Source: Camelus ferus (taxonomy: Eukaryota). Taken from it: a stretch of DNA of 64,000 bases. The stretch covers positions 38,504,001 through 38,568,000 of the forward strand of contig NC_045697.1 in the NCBI RefSeq assembly GCF_009834535.1. Reading direction: 5' to 3'. The stretch's first letter is position 1, and the number at the start of each line of letters is the position of its first letter. This document shows positions 39,410 through 51,921 of this stretch, piece after piece. Both the position numbers and the translations under genes were made by a program. The notes beneath the pieces are model-generated. The model saw only the letters and a list, made by a program, of their open reading frames with translations. It was not told the DNA's origin and did no database searches.

Positions 39410-39700
39410 CACAATTTTTTTATCCAGTCATCTGTTGACAGACATTTAGGTTGCTTCCATGTCTTGGCTATTGTAAATAGAGCTGCTGTGAACATTGAGG
39501 TGCATGTATCTTTTCAAATTAGACTTTTCGTCTTTGCTGGATATATGCTCAGGAGTGGTATTGCTGGATCATGCGGTAAATCTATTTTTAGTTTTTTAAG
39601 GAATCTCCATACTGTTTTCCATAGTGGCTGCACCAATTTACATTCCCACCACCAGCGTAGGAGGGTTCCTTTTTCTCCACACCTCTCCAACATTTATTAT
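38925..39700 (-). mobile_element. Lineage-specific L1: 3' UTR plus ORF2 C-terminus
   Basis: 'aggaatctccatactgttttccatagtggctgcaccaatttacattcccaccacc'; same 3' UTR motif as the other young L1s ('ttgaatatagttccctgtgctat'). Confidence 0.93.
39377..39406. repeat. (TG)15 microsatellite
   Basis: Pure TG run inside the L1. Confidence 0.97.
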
Positions 39701-39756
39701 TCACTGCCTGGTTATTAAAGCAAGCTACTTATAAGTTCTTATTAAATAGAACAGAC

Positions 39757-39811
39757 TCTACAGAAGACATGACTCCTTCTACAGAAGACATGACTCCTTC
39801 TACAGAAGACA
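39757..39811. repeat. 21-bp tandem repeat x2.6 (tctacagaagacatgactcct)
   Basis: Exact units at 39757-39777 and 39778-39798, partial unit 39799-39811. Confidence 0.95.
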
Positions 39812-39819
39812 GGTGCTGC

Positions 39820-40045
39820 ATGGCAGATCAGTAAGGACACCAAATAGAGAGAGACTGTGCACCGAATCCAGGTTTGAATCCTGCTTTTGCCCTTTATCAG
39901 ATATGTGACTTTGGGCAAGCTGCTTAAACCTTGGGAACCTCAGTTTCCTCATTTTACTGATGAAAGTATGTCTGCCTTTCCCAGGTACTATAAAAATGAA
40001 ATGATTTGACGAGCATACATGCACTTGTTACATGGTAAGTTTTTA
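39820..40045 (+). mobile_element. MIR
   Basis: 'tgtgactttgggcaagctgcttaaaccttgggaacctcagtttcctcat'. Confidence 0.85.
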
Positions 40046-40839
40046 GTCTCTTCACCTCTGCCTGCCTGTCCAGCTTCACTCTCTGTGCCCTGTGCGTCTG
40101 CCATTTGAAATTCCTGCAGTTCATCAACTAGACCAGAATACTTTGTGCAGATTTACTCGTGACTCATGTACATCCTGATGCTGGTCACTAGTGCAGGAGG
40201 AAGGTAAAGGACTCTAGATGAAGGCTCCCTGGGGGTTCTGGATACAGTAAGATAACTACCGAAATATTCCTCATCCTAAACAAGATCTGTAGTTTAAAAA
40301 AAAACAAGCCATTAATGTCTATGAAGAAAGCAATTAAGTGAAAAATGTTCATTATTCCTGGTGATTGTAATAACTAGTTCTCAGTCTTTGGATTTGGAGG
40401 GGTAACACAGCATGAGATGTTTGTTTCTATAGGAAGGTCACTTAATGAAAGTGATTCTATCAGGAAGGACTAAAATAGCATTTTGCTTTTGCGTACATTT
40501 ACATGCTTAGGCAATGTGTAAAATTAAGAGGAACCACTGAAAGAAAACCATTTTCTTCTGGCATTTGGGGATGAGAAAAAAGAGCCACACAGACTGATAT
40601 AATTTGGGGCCCAAGAATGATTTTATCACGTATGCCCACCAGACACTTCCCATTCCTGGCAAATGAAATCTCTTCCTTTTTAAACTATCGATACTTTGTG
40701 TTTTGACACACTTCTGCTTATGCGTTCCTTAAGCTGATACTAACTACAGCCTAACCAGGGCAGGTGAAACTGCAACTACCTGCTTTGTTGAAAAGCACAA
40801 TTTTGGAAAAGAGGTGTGTAGGTGTTGCTTTATTTTTTT

Positions 40840-41480
40840 ATTTTTATGCTTAGATTGCTAAATTGAATAAATTGTATACATAATAAATATTGTTATAAAT
40901 TTATCAATTTAAATACCACTCACTGAAACAAATATCTTTGCTGCACATAACTTTTCCCATATTTTGGATTATTTCCTAAAGATAAAGTCATAAAAGTGGA
41001 AAACCTGGTTAGGAGGAATTAATATGTTTATGGTTCAGAATGCAAACTGCCTTCCAAACTGTATTAATTTATATTTCCATTAGCAGCACATTCATTGCAG
41101 AGGTCTCCATTTGAACTCTTTGCTTGCTAATGTAAGAAGCAAAATATTGAGCAGAGGGGTAAAGCTCAATTGTAGAGCATATACTTAGCATGCATGAGGT
41201 CCTGGGTTCAATCCCCAGTATCTCTGTTAAAAAATAAATAAAAAGAAATAAACCTAATTACCCTCCCAAAAAAGAAGCAAACTATTAAAATCTCATTTGA
41301 TTGCTTTATTTCTTTGATTACAAGGTATTCATTTTTTGTAGATATGTTAGTTCATATTTCTTTTTTTCTGGTAAATTGTCTGTTAATGATGTTTGACCTT
41401 TTATCTCATGAGGTAGCACTGTTTCTACATAAATGGGATAGCTTTATTTGATTTTTGCAGATAATTTCCTAAGGCATCTA
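40840..41480 (-). mobile_element. Very old L1 (L1ME-like) fragment hosting a SINE
   Basis: 'attatttcctaaagataaagtcataaaagtggaa' and 'tctcatttgattgctttatttctttgattac'. Confidence 0.55.
41149..41271 (+). mobile_element. vic-1-type tRNA-Ala SINE
   Basis: 'cttagcatgcatgaggtcctgggttcaatccccagta...aaacctaattaccctccc'; TSD aagaagcaaa(a/c)tatt at 41134-41148 and 41272-41286. Confidence 0.92.
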
Positions 41481-41544
41481 GCACTGATGTTCTGGCACCC
41501 AATAAGGACAGCCTTTCTGCTGACCTGTCCACTGCTCAGAGAGG

Positions 41545-41770
41545 CTGAGGGCACGGACTGAGGAGTGAGTTTGCCTGGGTTTCAACCCAGATTCTGCTGC
41601 TTACTAGCTGCATATCCTGGGACAAGTTACTTAACTCACAGGGCTTCAGTCTCTTCACCTTAACATGGAAGTTAAAATAATAGCCTCTGTGCTCCATAGT
41701 TGCATAAATTAAACGTCAGTCCCCGTGGCACCTCGTACATAGCAAGCACTCAGTAAATGTGAGCTGTTGG
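41545..41770 (+). mobile_element. MIR
   Basis: 'cttactagctgcatatcctgggacaagttacttaactc'. Confidence 0.8.
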
Positions 41771-42299
41771 CCATCCTTTAGAATGTAAGCTCCAGGAGAG
41801 CAGGGACGTGGGCCTTGTTCGCTGCTATGAGTCTGCTGGTCAAGTGCTCAGCAGGTATGTCAGTGGGTTGTCCTCAACTGGCAAGCCCTAGAAACAAGAC
41901 TGAGAGCAGCACTCAAGTGCCTGCAGTTGGCACTTTGCTTTTCTCTGGGCAGGTTGAGGTGTAGATGTGGGGCGGACTGAACATAGCAGAAAGTGATAAA
42001 TTTACCTCAATTTCCTTCACACAGTGAAACAAGAGTTTCTCAGGAGTCTGTGAAGAATGGCCAGAAACTGCCATCTGGGTGAGGACCTTCTAACTGCCGG
42101 AGTGTTTTCTCTTTCCTCCCACTTGCTTTGGGAGACTGGCCCTGTGCCCAGGTGCCCGCTGTGCTGTCTTTGAGAGGAAACAAATGAAGTGCCTCTGACC
42201 CAAATCGCAGTGTTAGCTCCTGTTCTGAATTTAACCTGAAGAGCAATTTATTGGAACCTTTTAGTCCTGTTCACTATTTATCTTTGCCCGAGGAACTCT

Positions 42300-42660
42300 A
42301 TAACAGCTTTGGACAGATTTATTGAGGTCTAGTTGATATACAGTGGACTTCATCCTTTTTCAACTACACCTTGAACAATGCGATGATATCACAATCAAAG
42401 TGTAGAACATTTCTGTCCCTCCAAAAGGTCCCCTCATGCCCCTTTACCGTCAGTCCCCTCCTCCTGTCCCCAGCCCCTGGCAACCACTGATCCGAAAGAT
42501 GTCTGTATGGTTTTGCTCTTTCCCAAGTGTCATGTAAGTGGCATCATCCAGTACTCAGCCTTTTGTGTTTGGTTCTTTTCACTCAACATCATGCTTTTGA
42601 GATTTATCCACATCGTAACGTGCGTCAGTATTTCCTTCCTTTTTATTTCTGAGTAATTTA
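42300..42660 (-). mobile_element. Old L1 3' UTR (L1MB/MC-like)
   Basis: 'ccccagcccctggcaaccactgatc' and 'ttcttttcactcaacatcatgcttttgagatttatccacat'. Confidence 0.8.
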
Positions 42661-42749
42661 AAATTTCTTTTTTGAGCAATTTAAAAATTACCCTCTTTAC
42701 CCCCTAAGAGTAAATGACTGATTCTTCCTACCTATTTTTTAATCTAATG

Positions 42750-43000
42750 TTTTTATTTTTTAATTTGTTTTTATTTTTATTTATTATTATTATTTTTATT
42801 TCATTTATTTTTAATTGAAGTACAGTCAGTTATAATGCGTCATTCTCTGGTGTACAGCGCAGTGTCCCAGTCATGCATATACACACAAGTATTTGTTTTC
42901 ATATTCTTTTTCATTAAAGGTTATTACAAGATATTGAACATAGTTCCCTGTGCTATACAGAAGAAACTTTTTTCTAAATCTATTTTTATATATAGTGTCT
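42750..43000 (-). mobile_element. Young L1 3' end with degenerate T-rich tail
   Basis: 'attgaagtacagtcagtt...ggtgtacagc...ggttattacaagatattgaacatagttccctgtgctatacagaagaa'. Confidence 0.9.
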
Positions 43001-43699
43001 TTTGTTACAGAAACTCCACAAGTGTCAGAATGCCCATGAGGTACATGCAGGGGACTTTTATAACTCAGAAAAATCTGAATAACAGGAAGATATTGTGGCT
43101 ATGTACCTTGCTGAGTACAAATCGCAGTGTTTCTTAATTATACAGATTTTTTTTCTTCCTGTTGTGTTAAGAAATAAATACTTAAAAAACTATTTGGTCC
43201 CAGTAGAAAATTTCCTGTAACGTAAGTTTTAAAGGTGGTTCCTAAAAATAAAGTGTGTTGCAATCAAACTAGATAAAAATGGCTAGTTTGCTAACATAAG
43301 GGGACGCTTGTGTGAGCACAGGGTAGACTGGTTTATTTACTCATCTTCTTTGGGATGATTAAAGAGCAAGCATCGATTTAACATAAGAAAAAGACATTCA
43401 GCTGAGTAAATCAGAATACGTAAACTGTCTCATCAATCTTCACAACATATGTGTTGTCTGAGGGAAATATTATCAATATTCATAGCTTTAAAATGGACTC
43501 ATTGACAGAGGTTAAATGTCTCACTTAAAGTCACATGAGCTTTTTCTCATCTTGGAGCTTTTGGAGGGAAGAGACTGATTTTATCCATTTTGCAGCCTCA
43601 TTTGTGCATTTCCCTTGCACACAGAAGATGCTGAGTGTATCAGTTTGGCTGAATGAGGCAGCATAATAGCCTGGGAATAAAGACTGTATGTCTTAGAGC

Positions 43700-43880
43700 A
43701 GAGCCTGTTTTTGGCAAGTTAAGTTATTGGCACTGAGACACGCCCATTTATTAAAGTACCCTCTGTGGATGCTTTTTCTCTGCAACAGCAGAGTTGTGTA
43801 CTTTTATCAGGGAACGTCTGGGCCCCGAGCCTAAAATAAGTACCATCTGGCCCTTTACAGAAGAAGTTTGCCAGTCCCTG
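43700..43880. mobile_element. MER58A-like hAT element inside a MIR (~43660-44020)
   Basis: 'ccatctggccctttacagaagaagtttgccagtccctg' is the MER58 terminus. Confidence 0.85.
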
Positions 43881-44299
43881 CCTTAGAGTCATACTGTCCA
43901 GGTTCAAATCTCAATTCTTACACTTACTGTGTGATGCTGGGCAAGTGGCTTGATTTATGCCAAGCTTCAGTTCTTCCTCTGTGAAATACAAATCATAGGA
44001 GTAGCTACCTCGGAAGCATTAAAACTCAAGCCCTGGCAAGACCAACAGATCCAGTGGAACTTCGGCTGATTATTTCTAGATTGTAAACTCTCTAATAGAT
44101 TTTAAACTCCTTGACAGGTACAGTTTTGAATTTCTCATCTTGGTTGTTCTCCAGTGCTGTGGACATGGCAGGCTTCAATAAACTTGCTTTAAATGCAAAG
44201 TTGTGATAGGTGGACTCTCAGTGAATAATGTATTTGTAAGTATTAGCTTTGCCTCTTAACAACTTACTTATTTCAAAGGACAATATGAAAAAGCAAGAA

Positions 44300-44560
44300 T
44301 TATAAGGGTGAAATATGAATGATCCTAAATGTCCTACAACAGATGAACAGATAAGTAAATTAAGAAACACTATGCAATGGAAAAAAAAAAAGAAACACTA
44401 TGCAATGGAATAGTAAGCAAGTGATTAAAATGATGATAGGACAATTTAGCAACATGGAAAAATGCTTATTATAAAATATTAACTTAAAAATTGAAAAAAG
44501 TGACAATACAAAATTGCATGTAAACTATAATTTAAAAAAAAAAATTTTTTAAAGGCAAAG
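44300..44560 (+). mobile_element. Old L1 (L1ME-like) 3' fragment
   Basis: 'cctaaatgtcctacaacagatgaacagataagtaaatt' and 'caacatggaaaaatgctt'. Confidence 0.65.
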
Positions 44561-44571
44561 GCCTTCAAGTA

Positions 44572-44732
44572 ACAGTTTTCAGACTTCAGCTGTAAATCTT
44601 GCAATGCTAAGGCCTCCTACTCAGAAATTCTGATTTAATGAATATGTGACAGTGCCCTGGAATCTGCCCGTTTGACAGGCATCCAAGGTGATTCTGGGGT
44701 GAGCAGTCCATCCACCAGACTTTAAAAACGCT
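44572..44732. mobile_element. MER5-like hAT element
   Basis: 'ctcagaaattctgatttaa...ggaatctgc...caaggtgattctg...actttaaaaacgct'. Confidence 0.6.
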
Positions 44733-46519
44733 CTCTTGAAAGAACTAAACCAACATGGTTTAGTGGGATTGTGGATTCTTTTTTTTAACATCTTAATTTT
44801 TCTTTTGTGGTTGTTGTTATTTCCTGCTTTTACAATGAAAAAAGGAATTTTATATTTAATTATATAATTGGTTAAATTATTAATACTTTTATAAATTACT
44901 TTAATTTTTAAGTAAGCCAGGTTACATCCACAGCACTATTAAAAAGAAGATGCCAATCTACATTATACCGATATGCAACGACTTCCAAAGCACCTTGTAA
45001 GGGAAATTAGAAATGTGTGGGACAGTGTGTATTACATCTAATTTCTGTGTCAAGAAAAAGAAAGGGAGAAAGAGTTGAGGACATGCACATATAGGTTGTA
45101 TATACAAAGGATCCCTGGAAAGACGTAGAAGAAACTGGAACCATCCCTTTCCCACCTTCCTTGAGATCAAGGGGATGCAGGAACACAGAAAGACTTCTGG
45201 TCCCTGTCACACTACTGCAGTGATACGGATAATTCAGCATGAAAGCTAGTCTGGGAGCCTCATGGTCATTTATCACATAGTTTCTGTAGGAAAAGGCCAT
45301 CGGCATTTCCACAGCTGACTTTACAGCCCGGCATATAAAATCAAGTTTTGAGGGGTTAAAGACTGCTTATGTTGGTGGGACATACCACAGAGGCATTACT
45401 GAGACTGCTAGGATTCATCAGGGGCTGGAATGTGGATGGATCAGCAGAAGTCTATTCCCAGGGCTAGAGAGCAAATGAACAGATGGAGAGAGATGTTGGT
45501 TTTTGTCTTTTTTTTTTTTTTCCATAGCTGAATCAGGGAAGATTTTCTACTGTATTCTCAAATCCCATCAAAGGAGACCAGAGTTGAGTTAAGTCAGAAA
45601 GTACTTTATGAGATAAAATGAGGTGAAAAAGATACTGGGAAAGTGAAAATAGGAGAATTGGAAATTCAGGAGAGCCTTATGTATTTGAGGATTGTCATCT
45701 TAGAATTATGTCGAAGTATAAATAATTTTCATCATCTGATCGAGAATCACGGCTTCCTAGCATTAGCTTAAGTAATAGTACGTAGTCTCAGAAGGAAAGA
45801 TTGTTGGCCATCTATCTCAAAGCTCTACCTTCCATACCTGGTGAATAGATGAACAGGTTCCTGATCCCATACTAAGCCTATCCTCTCATGCCTGAACCCT
45901 AGATTTTCCTTTTAAGAATATAGGAAATAAATAGCCATTTATTCTCTGACCAAATATCAGAGAGATGAAGTTTATTCCCTAAGAGGTGCTTTTGAACCGT
46001 TGCCTTTGAGAAGCTGAAATAAAGAAACAGATTCGTTTACTCACCTGTAATTCAAGCAACCAGCAGGGGTATTTATCTGGTGAGCTACTTTATTGCAAAG
46101 AATTGAATGAGTTCAGTCTATGATGCTCAGGTTCTGTTTATAGTTTCACTGAGCAGCGGAACAAAAAGCCTTCCTTTTCCCTGCTCTTCCTCCTCCACCC
46201 TCTGTAACAGAAGACTCTCCTGTTGCAAAGAATGCCAACTTTACAAACACAGAGGACTCTTCATCACTTGGTCTGCCACTCCCTGCCTATCGTATGCTTT
46301 CTGGTTTGAGTGGAGTAACACTTCCTGGTAGAGTCCAGTTAGTCCTGAAGATTGCAGGCTCCTTGCCGGGAGTATGCGTGCGCTGTGGCTCTGCTGGGAA
46401 TGGTGGTCACAGAGGTAGTAGGAATGTTAAATGGAAGGTCCAGGGAAAACCAAGTGTTTTTCTATGCTGCTCATTGAAAGTAAGGAAGGCTTAGAGTTGA
46501 GACTCATCCTGACTATTTG

Positions 46520-47310
46520 TGGGATGCAAGGACACTGATTTGCCCAGAGGAGATAATTTGTGATGGGGTGGGGGATGGTAGATGTTAGGTAAGAGAAATA
46601 GCTTGGATAGATTAAGTGGGGCCAGGTTTTTGGGTGAGGGGGTCTTGAATGCCAGGCTCAGCTAGAAATATTCTGAAATAAATAATGGGGAGTCATTGCA
46701 TGTTTCGTAGAAAGGGAGTAACTTAATGCAAGCAGTTTCCTGAATTAATCTGGCAGTAATATTTAGGGAATAGCAGAGCAGACAAACTGAGTAACATGAT
46801 ATTGCAGCAAGACAGACACGAGCAAATGAAAATTAGGATGCTGACAGAGAACAGATTAAAGAGGCATCAAGGAAAGGAACAGGTAAGATTAAAAAAACCC
46901 CAAAAAACTACCCAGGCATGGACAATGATGGAGAACAAAAAGGTAAAATGACAGTAGGAAAACTATGGAATATTTGCTTTGCCTTGAAGATTTATCAATG
47001 GAGGGGGAAAAGAGGGTTAAAAGCGATCAGAAGACGCAGTTTTCAAGGAACCTGAAGAAACAGACAATTTCATGTAGCGGGTCCAGTTGACAGCATCCTA
47101 TATTAGCGGCTGTCGGTGGGAGGGTGGTGAGTGTTGCGACAATTGTGACTTGAGCACATACCTGTTTGACTCAGATCATTAGTGACTTTCAGAAGTGCAG
47201 TTTGAGTAGAAGGGCGGGATCAGGAGTGATTTGGAGGGTTAAGGAGAGAACAATGCTGAGATGAATGAAAGGTAGTAAAGACCACTTGCCTCTGAAGTTT
47301 CATAGTGAAA
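46520..47310 (-). mobile_element. L2 fragments
   Basis: 'gggtcttgaatgccaggct', 'atggggagtcattg', 'agatcattagtgactttcag...aagggcgggatcagg'. Confidence 0.6.
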
Positions 47311-48491
47311 GGAAAACAGATGAAAATTAATAGTAGTAGCAACATTACAGATTTCCAGAACTTGTGGTTTAGCTAAGTGTTTTCTATTCAGAGGAATGGT
47401 AGAAAATTATAAGATCTGGAAGGCCGAAAGGGTGGATTTCAACCCTTGAGCCTGACTCCTGTGAATAAGGCATCTGTGATATTTCCACGTGCTGACAGTT
47501 TTTTTTACAGCTCCAGTCCCAAAGCTTTGGGTGTATGTTTTGCACCTATGCGTTCCCATAAGTTCTGTTAGATAAGAGGCTGGGGAAGGCAAAAGATGAA
47601 GGAATCGAATTTCTGTTCTCCTGCTAGTGCCTGGAGGTGGAGGAGAAAGGGAAGGAGGTAATTTGTATCCTTTTTTTTTTTTTTTTTGAACTTCACAGTA
47701 TAATTTCACATACAGCTGAGACTGGAATGTGGCTGTCCTGGCCTGAAGTCCAGGTCATTCCTACTGCACCCTGATGTCAGACTGGGGGCCTTAGAGGAGG
47801 AAAAGGAGAAAAGTATCACTGCTCAGGTCCTGCTGTCCACTGAGAGTCACCAAAACTGGTGTCACGGCTTTTCTTGCCAATTGCTACTGAGAACAGGCTG
47901 CAAATGCACTGCTCAAAGTGACTGTGTGGTGTCTGTCTGCAAAGCTGAAGCCACCCAGGCAGAAACCTAATTCTATGTGGCCAGAGCCAGCAGCACAGTT
48001 ACCACCCCCGGGCAGAAACCTTCCGAGTAATTCAGCTGCAGTTTCTCTGTTACAATCTGTTCAAGTGGCAGGTCACAGGCATCATGACTTGCAGAAGTGA
48101 ATGAATCCTGGCGATGTGGTCCTGACATCCAGTCTTCCTGATTGCTGGACTGAGAACTTGAAATACTGGAAACTGATTCTTAACACTCGTTTTTGGGGGA
48201 CGGACCCCACAGTCAGCAGGGGCTATGAAACATCCTGTATGTGGTCATGGCAAATGGAAACTGTCCGCTTTTCGATTTATCCAAAGAAGTTTACCTGGAG
48301 ATCTATACTCTGGGTCCACTGAAGGATCACAGTAAGATTCATCTTCCCAGTCAGTCCCCAAGATGTGGTGCCAAACATGTATAGGAAGGAAATGAATCGA
48401 GATGGGGTGGTGAGGGTTCAAGCCTAAGTGTTTAACATGGAATGAAAGACAAGCGCTAAATTGCTACCACCGCAGTAAGTGGGCTTCCATG

Positions 48492-48958
48492 TGTTACTGA
48501 CCAGGGCCCTTGAGCTCTTTAATCAATGGAAATTGATTAGAGGCCAGATGAGGAATTCTGGCAAGGCTTTATTGGGACTCATGCTCTAGCACGAGGGAGT
48601 GAAAATAAGAAACAGGTGCCCTTGCTTGCTCCCTGAAGAGGGGTAAGCTGGTTCCTTAAATGGGGTGGGAGTGGATCCGTGAGTGGGTTCGGAGGGGTGG
48701 CTTGCATGGTCTCCCCACCCCCTTGGGGGTGCTGTGTGCAGGGATCATGCACAGTACCCTGCTTTTGCTCTCAGCAGCTCAGAAGTGGCAGTTGATTTTT
48801 GGCCTTTTTGTATCTTTTTGTGCATAATTTGCCCTAACTGCATGCATGTAGTTATTTTTAGTCCCTTACAGTTTCTTTGTATTCTGTTGCTCAAGGAGAG
48901 GAGACTTTGTCCAGGTACAAGCACTGCACTAAAGGGCTCCAGGTCCCAGCCTGTCTTA
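48492..48958 (-). mobile_element. ERV1-type solo LTR (467 bp) with 4-bp TSD
   Basis: Starts 'tgttactgaccaggg', ends 'cctgtctta' (terminal CA mutated); CATG on both sides (48488-48491, 48959-48962); minus-strand AATAAA near 48570. A 4-bp TSD is typical of ERV1. Confidence 0.8.
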
Positions 48959-49081
48959 CATGAAGCTAGTTCTGTTGCAAGGAGTTGTGAGATATACTTG
49001 GAACTTCACCAGGCCTCTTTTCTCTAAATGGGGAGAAGTTTAAGAGAGAAAAACCAGGTTTCAGACTTGGAACCATATATA

Positions 49082-49726
49082 CAGTCAATCCTCATTACTC
49101 TTGGATTCTATATTTGCCAATTTGCTTATGAGTTAAAATTTATTTTTAACCCTAAAACCGGTGCTTGTAACACGTAAGTGGTTATTTGCACACATACACA
49201 GAGTGGCAAAAAATTTGAGTCACCCAAAACGTGTGTTCCCTGCTGAGGTCAAACAAGGCAGTGCTCTGCCTTCTTGTTCTGCTCTAATACTGTGAAGAAT
49301 TGTCCTTTTCACAGTCTATTTAGTGCCATGTGTTTGCATATTTGTGAGGTTTCTTTGTTGGTGGTGGTGGTAATTTTGCTACTTAAAACAGCTTCTCCTC
49401 AGCATATGCCGATGCCCAAGAAGGCTGTGATATACTTTATGGAGAAATGCATACATAGTTAGATAAGCTTCATTTAGGCATGAGTTACAGGCTGTTGGCT
49501 GTGAATTTGATATTGATAATCAACAATACATATTAAATAAGGTATCTTTAAATAGAAACTTACATAAAGTAAGATGATGTGTATGTTTTGATGGCTTGGT
49601 GAGGATGCTGTGAACAGAGGCTCTCAGGAACCTAACCTTGTATTTCCCCAGGAGTAGCGGCTCAGTGTTCACTTATTCAGTATAACTTTATAGAAAACGT
49701 CTACTGCAGGTAATGAGAAGCAACTG
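49082..49726. mobile_element. MER82-like TcMar-Tigger element, near full length
   Basis: Termini 'ta|cagtcaatcctcattact' and 'taatgagaagcaactg'; internal 'gctgaggtcaaacaaggcagtgctctgccttcttgtt'. Confidence 0.85.
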
Positions 49727-50267
49727 CACATAAAGCAAGTGTCTCTTGCAGAGTGAGATATATTTCACTAATAATGTTGGGTTAATGGTGGTTATTAAAT
49801 GCCATCCCAAATGAAAATTATAAACATCATGAGGCTGGAGCAAGGCTTAGAAGGCCTGAGAAGCCAAGGTGTTGCCATCACTGGTCAACCTCCGGGTCCT
49901 TGAGCACCAGGGAAGAGGGGGTTCTTTAGGAGAGGATGAGCTCGTTTTACTGTTGGTAGGTAATGGGGAGCCCTCTAGAAAGTCCTGCTCAGTGATTTTA
50001 TTTAAACTTAGTTCTCAGTTGTCGCTAACAGGAGGATTAAGAGTTGAGAGCATTAAATTTTTTTCTGAGGAGTGCCTTTTTTTCTCTTTTGCTACTACCT
50101 TCTATCTTTACTGTTTTCTTAGGGAAATCAATGTTGATGATTATTCTTGATTCTGCCACCCAGAAAGTGACTTCCCAAGTTTACTGTATTTTGTGTGTGT
50201 TTGCTTTTGGAGTGTGGCTGAGAAAGATGTTGTGTTTATTTTTAGTATTGTTGTAGCAAAACTGAAC

Positions 50268-50345
50268 AAAGAAAGAAAGAAAGGAAGGAAGAAAGGAAGA
50301 GAGAGAGGGAGGGAGGGAGGGAGGAAGGAAGGAAGGAGAAAGAAA
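50268..50345. repeat. Compound polypurine repeat (GAAA/GGAA/GGGA)
   Basis: About 78 bp of purines only. Confidence 0.95.
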
Positions 50346-50656
50346 TACTGGAACAAATAAGTAATAATGCCTGTTTTTCTTTCTATTTGACTTTACTTTA
50401 GAACATTAAATACTGTGAACCATTTACATATAGTCTCTTGATGTCCTGCTAATTTTGAAAACAAAGGTCCTAGATACTTTTTTCTGTCCTTTTGTGATAA
50501 CCCTGTTGGGCAGACTGACATCACTGTACATTAGGAAAATGTATCCAGTGACAAAGACCTCAGCCTTCAGTTGCCTTACCTCTTCCTTAAAGCCAGGAAA
50601 GGATTAACTGGTGATAAAAACAGTGGAGCTTGAATGAAGGATGTGTACCATATGAA

Positions 50657-51020
50657 GGTGGTGGTGGTGGAGGTGGTAGAGATTATGATTGTAAGTGGTG
50701 GTTGAGTTGGTGGTAGAGGTGGTAGTGGTGGTGGAAGTCATGGTTGTAGGTGGCGGTGGTGGTGGTGGAGGTCATAGTTGTAGGTGGTGGTAAAGATGGT
50801 GGTGGTAGAGGTTATGGTTGTAGGTGGTGATAGACGTGGTGGTTGTGGTAGAGGTGGTAGAGATCATGATTGTAGGTGGTGGGTGAAGTGGTGGTGGTGG
50901 TGGTGGTAGAGGTTATACTTGTAAGTGATGGTAGAGGTGGTAGTGGTGGAGGTCATGGCTGTAGATGGAGGTGGTGGTGGTGATGACAATAGGTGGTAAT
51001 GGGGAAGGTGATGGTGGTGT
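50657..51020. repeat. Degenerate (GGT)n-based minisatellite
   Basis: GGT runs punctuated about 7 times by a core like GAGGTCATGGTTGTAGGTGGT. Confidence 0.9.
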
Positions 51021-51795
51021 ATGTGCTAGATGCCCTTTGGTGGTGTTTGCCCAAATGTCAATACTTTCAATTCCTTTTTCTTTGAGAAACATGACCTCCT
51101 GACCTCCATTCTCTAGGGATGACTCCCTGGCACCCATTTTTGTACAGTGTAACTCTGTCTTTCAGATGATAGTAAATCATACTGACTCAGTTAGGCCCAA
51201 TCAGAGTCCAATTTGAATCAGAATTAAGAGCTTTTAACCTTACTCTGGGCTGTACTGTTGAACAGAAGATATCCAAAAATGTGGCAGGTCCCATCTTCTG
51301 CCTGCCTTGTAGACCAGGAAAAAAAAAAAAAGACCTGTAGAGAGAAAAAAAATAGCAGTTACAAAGAGAGAAGCAGATATGAGAAGTGGTCTGTAGGCCC
51401 AAGTGTTAATTTTTTTTCTGCAATCAATCTGTACACTTACTCCAAAAGTTCTGTTTAAATATGTAGGTATCATTATAATAGATTCTATTTTTTCTCAAGC
51501 TTGCCTAAGTCAGTTTCTGTTACATGCAACTAAATGAATCCTGATGAATACAATATGATACTGTCTTATCTTAAGATTCCTCACTCCACTTTTATTCTAA
51601 AATCTTAGTGAAGTAGCCAAAGATATTCTCCAAGATTATTCATATTAAATTGCCATCGGTGTTTTATCCTTTTGAGAGTTTAGTCACTCTAAGAAAAGGA
51701 AATGGAAGACAAGCATCATCTCAAGTATTCTCTTTTTTGGGAAACATTTCCAATTCAGCCTGAGTTAGGGGCTCTAATTGTGGATTTCCATGGCA

Positions 51796-51921
51796 CAGAG
51801 TTGACAGATAAAATGCAGGAGACCCCAGTATTGCATGAGATGTCCCTATACTAAAAACTATGTGTTGTTTATCTGAAGTTCAGATTTAACTGGACATCCT
51901 GTATTTTACCTGGCAATGCTA
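51796..51921. mobile_element. MER53-like palindromic hAT MITE, left arm internally deleted
   Basis: Termini 'cagagttgacagataaaatgcagga' and 'tcctgtattttacctggcaatgcta'; right arm 'ttgtttatctgaagttcagatttaactgg' intact. Confidence 0.85.

Noticed and set aside
39380..39718. 112-aa ORF, and the mutually similar ORFs at 8109, 9333 and 42835
   Set aside because: Antisense readings of L1 sequence. The shared 'YKILNIVP' reflects the repeat, not a gene family.
39757..39811. CRISPR-like repeat array
   Set aside because: Head-to-tail units with no spacers, in eukaryotic DNA with no cas genes.
50913..51137. His/Thr/Pro-rich ORF
   Set aside because: The biased part is the antisense reading of the GGT minisatellite.
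51244..51334. Minus-strand exon (acceptor ...ctctctacag, donor AGA|gtaagg), plus an isolated minus-strand donor CAG|gtgagt near 46044
   Set aside because: The exon would open with a long U run, the second donor has no clear acceptor, and both oppose the inferred transcription direction.
51796..51921. miR-1302-type hairpin from MER53
   Set aside because: Much of the left arm is deleted, so the long hairpin cannot form.
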